Shown: positions 61,713 to 64,000 of the stretch, piece by piece
Layout: each line of letters opens with the position of its first letter
How positions within the stretch are numbered: position 1 is the first letter of the stretch
Origin: a virus
Lineage: Duplodnaviria > Caudoviricetes
IMG/VR virus record: IMGVR_UViG_3300012665_000528
Location: 1 to 64,000 of that record
Length of the DNA stretch: 64,000 nucleotides
Strand: one strand, 5' to 3'
Notes under the pieces: generated by a model
Seen by the model: only the letters and a program-made list of their open reading frames with translations
What the model was told of the DNA's origin: nothing
Databases searched by the model: none
Position numbers and translations under genes: made by a program

Positions 61713-64000
61713 TTAACAAGTTTTAGGATTAATATTATCAGGTGTTTTGTCTCCATCCCCTAAGCCAGTTCTACCTAACTCAGAGTTAATATCAAAGCCT
61801 AGCGAAGATAACACATTTAATGTGCTTTGTGAATTTGCCCCTCCTAGTTCAGGTATATTTTCTGTGATACTGTTTATACCTGCAGTAGTGGTAGACTCAA
61901 TAGGTTTAACAGAAGACTCAACAGCCGCTATATCTTTGTATAAATTTGAAATATTACTTATAGCCTGTTCGTTAAGAAGGTCTACAATATTACTTGGTAA
62001 ACTTCCATTGTCTTCTATCATAGCAAATGAATAGCCATCCCTACCCGAAGTTCTAGCACCTACATCTTGAATTATACGTAACGCTACTAGTACGTATTTT
62101 TTGCCCTTTCTTTCTACAGTAGTTGAAAATGACTTGTTGCTATTTATTTGATTCATCACATTCACGTCACTTCGTATGTCAAATGATGAGTATGACACTC
62201 CTTGAAATCCTTCCCGTAAACCACTAAGTATAACTTCCTTACTTATATCAATTGAAGGTGCTACAGCAGCAGTAGGTTGAGTAGTAACTACAGGAGTAAC
62301 TGTAGTAACTGGAGCAGCAGCAGGTTGAACAGCCACTTGCTCTTGAGGAGTATTGGTTCTTGCTTTAATCTGCTTGATGACTTGGAAGTCATATCCTAAA
62401 CTAATAATCTTATCTGAGATAGGACTCTTGTGCTTCTCTACGATAGGTGCTTTGTTAGATGCTAGAGTTAATCCTTTTATTGTTATAACTCCTGGCTTAA
62501 CAAATAAGCTTCCTTCGTTTTCGTTTAAGTAGTTATGCATAGCTAAGAAAGTCTTACTATCATACTTACTGAACTTTGGATTCTTACCATTCCACATAGA
62601 TTTAATAAACCATCCATTGGTAGCAAACCCAGTAATAGGAGTCCACTCACCCTCAGACTCTGCACCAGTACCTGTGCCTGTTGATTTATACACTAGGAAA
62701 TGTTCTCCTCCTGCAAATACATCTACCATTCTACGACCTGATACCTCTGCACGAAAACTACCTATAGTCCAAGGTGCACTTTCGTTGTCAAGTTTTTGTC
62801 CTAAGTCAAATAGTTTCTGAGTCTCTGCATTTACTAAGAAGGCTGAACCACTTGAGCCATCTATCTTTTGATTTATCCAAGGATTAAATATACTTGGTTT
62901 GTTTTGTGCGTCTTGTGTAACTACTACTTCTACGTTACTGCCTACTGTTTTAGGGTTGTTTTGTACTCCAGGTATCTGTGGTGCTTTAGGTTGACTAGCT
63001 GTATCAGGGATACTACTCTCTTCGTACTCTGATGCAAATGCTAGAATGTTAATTGATGCAGGAGACAAATCAAAGTCCTCACTAAGTATAGCGTAGGTCG
63101 ATTGTTGTATGCCCCACTTAGATATTGCTGAAGGATATCTAGGATGCATCAAGTACATGCTGTCAGTAAACTTCTGAAGTGTGTTAAACTTCTTGTTCTT
63201 GAAGTCAATGATGTGCGTATTACCTTCCGTGTCCACGGCTACAATATCCATAGCTCCAGCTACTCCAAAGAATCCTGTGGCATCTTTCTCTTCTTGAGTA
63301 AACTCACGATGCACAATCAATCCTTCTGTAAATACTTGCCAGCCTTTGTCTGTAAGTTCTTTTGCTACTGATTGCATCTCTGCAACTAAAGCATTAAACT
63401 GCTCAGGAGTAATTGCTAACTCGTATCCTTGCTTTCCTCTGAGGGGTTTGTTCATCTCACGGGCTTCAGCTAAGTAATCTTTAAGTGACTTAACAGGCTT
63501 GCCTCCTAAGATATCACGACCTAAAATATCTACAAAGTTTCCTACAGCTGCACCCATCTCCATGTTACGAGTACTGTCTTCTGTATCTACTCTTTTCTCT
63601 CCTAATACCCTTTGAACAAATCTTGATTGACGTTCATATCTATTACCATTGATAACATATCCTTCTTTACTAGGATCTCCAATGGCTTTAGACTCTTCTA
63701 TGAGTTTTCCTAAAGCAGCTACTGTACTTGCTTGAGTTTTAACTTTAGGCATAGATAGCTGCTCTTTTATCTTAGCTGCTTCTTTCTGAGCAGTAGCAGT
63801 AGGATAAGACATAGTAGGCATAATGTCAGAGTTATTAAACTCTATCACATAACCAGAGTTTTGATTAATGGTTTGTCCAGGGTTGTTTGGATCTTCAATA
63901 GTCTTTATCTCTTGTGCGTAAGGAATACTCACTAAAGATACTTGATGTTTTACTCTACTCCCTACTACTAATTGTTTTCTCATAGAATCAAATTGTTGCT
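61713..64000 (-). CDS. C-terminal part of another giant virion cargo protein with a PD-(D/E)xK nuclease domain (5' truncated)
   Basis: Frame stays open beyond ATG 63983 to the window edge (QQFDS-M); GAMDIV...IIDFK. Confidence 0.8.
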   Translation of the reverse strand, partial: QQFDSMRKQLVVGSRVKHQVSLVSIPYAQEIKTIEDPNNPGQTINQNSGYVIEFNNSDIMPTMSYPTATAQKEAAKIKEQLSMPKVKTQASTVAALGKLIEESKAIGDPSKEGYVINGNRYERQSRFVQRVLGEKRVDTEDSTRNMEMGAAVGNFVDILGRDILGGKPVKSLKDYLAEAREMNKPLRGKQGYELAITPEQFNALVAEMQSVAKELTDKGWQVFTEGLIVHREFTQEEKDATGFFGVAGAMDIVAVDTEGNTHIIDFKNKKFNTLQKFTDSMYLMHPRYPSAISKWGIQQSTYAILSEDFDLSPASINILAFASEYEESSIPDTASQPKAPQIPGVQNNPKTVGSNVEVVVTQDAQNKPSIFNPWINQKIDGSSGSAFLVNAETQKLFDLGQKLDNESAPWTIGSFRAEVSGRRMVDVFAGGEHFLVYKSTGTGTGAESEGEWTPITGFATNGWFIKSMWNGKNPKFSKYDSKTFLAMHNYLNENEGSLFVKPGVITIKGLTLASNKAPIVEKHKSPISDKIISLGYDFQVIKQIKARTNTPQEQVAVQPAAAPVTTVTPVVTTQPTAAVAPSIDISKEVILSGLREGFQGVSYSSFDIRSDVNVMNQINSNKSFSTTVERKGKKYVLVALRIIQDVGARTSGRDGYSFAMIEDNGSLPSNIVDLLNEQAISNISNLYKDIAAVESSVKPIESTTTAGINSITENIPELGGANSQSTLNVLSSLGFDINSELGRTGLGDGDKTPDNINPKTC

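Noticed and set aside
51-63371. Antisense/nested ORFs in the track (e.g. 51..248, 3389..3631, 4048..4236, 5335..5538, 14400..14624, 53982..54371, 56209..56709, 61747..62034)
   Set aside because: They lie within longer, motif-supported genes on the opposite strand or frame and have shadow-like composition.
1-64000. Stop-codon reassignment, known in some crAss-like phages
   Set aside because: Long genes are intact in code 11; TAG (e.g. 5128, 5724), TGA and TAA all end genes; no suppressor tRNA seen.
1-64000. CRISPR array or cas genes
   Set aside because: No constant repeats with unique spacers; cassette hairpins differ in sequence and flank whole genes. The PD-(D/E)xK proteins lack Cas4 Fe-S cysteines.
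1-64000. Prophage/temperate lifestyle
   Set aside because: No integrase, repressor or host housekeeping flanks in this window; the remainder of the genome is unseen.

Overview
This window is about 64 kb of a crAss-like (Crassvirales-type) phage genome, very probably infecting an environmental Bacteroidota host. Support: a 2702-aa virion RNA-polymerase-like protein with a DYDIDK catalytic motif, family A DNA polymerase, primase and DnaB-like helicase, Bacteroidota-type TAnnTTTG promoters, and signal peptides cleaved before Gln. No reassignment of the genetic code is evident. Layout: minus-strand structural genes (1-4.5 kb); a strand switch with skew inversion and ~52-bp repeats (4.58-4.8 kb); plus-strand early mini-cassettes, two structured ncRNA candidates and a degenerate tRNA (4.8-11 kb); replication and nucleotide metabolism (11-34 kb); a modular tail fibre (34.5-40 kb); a minus-strand lysis/membrane operon (40-45.9 kb); giant virion cargo proteins (45.9-64 kb, the last one cut by the window edge). 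Capsid, portal and terminase genes are not in the window. The strongest leads are: (1) a complete PAS histidine kinase plus single-domain response regulator pair translationally coupled inside the holin/spanin operon; (2) four consecutive cargo proteins (~6000 aa) whose only cysteines, by manual reading, sit at the termini in a head-to-tail pattern; (3) a hairpin + TTTTCTTT(T/A)CC element in front of early/middle genes; (4) two unannotated folded RNAs. All domain calls come from motif recognition by eye; no database searches were run.
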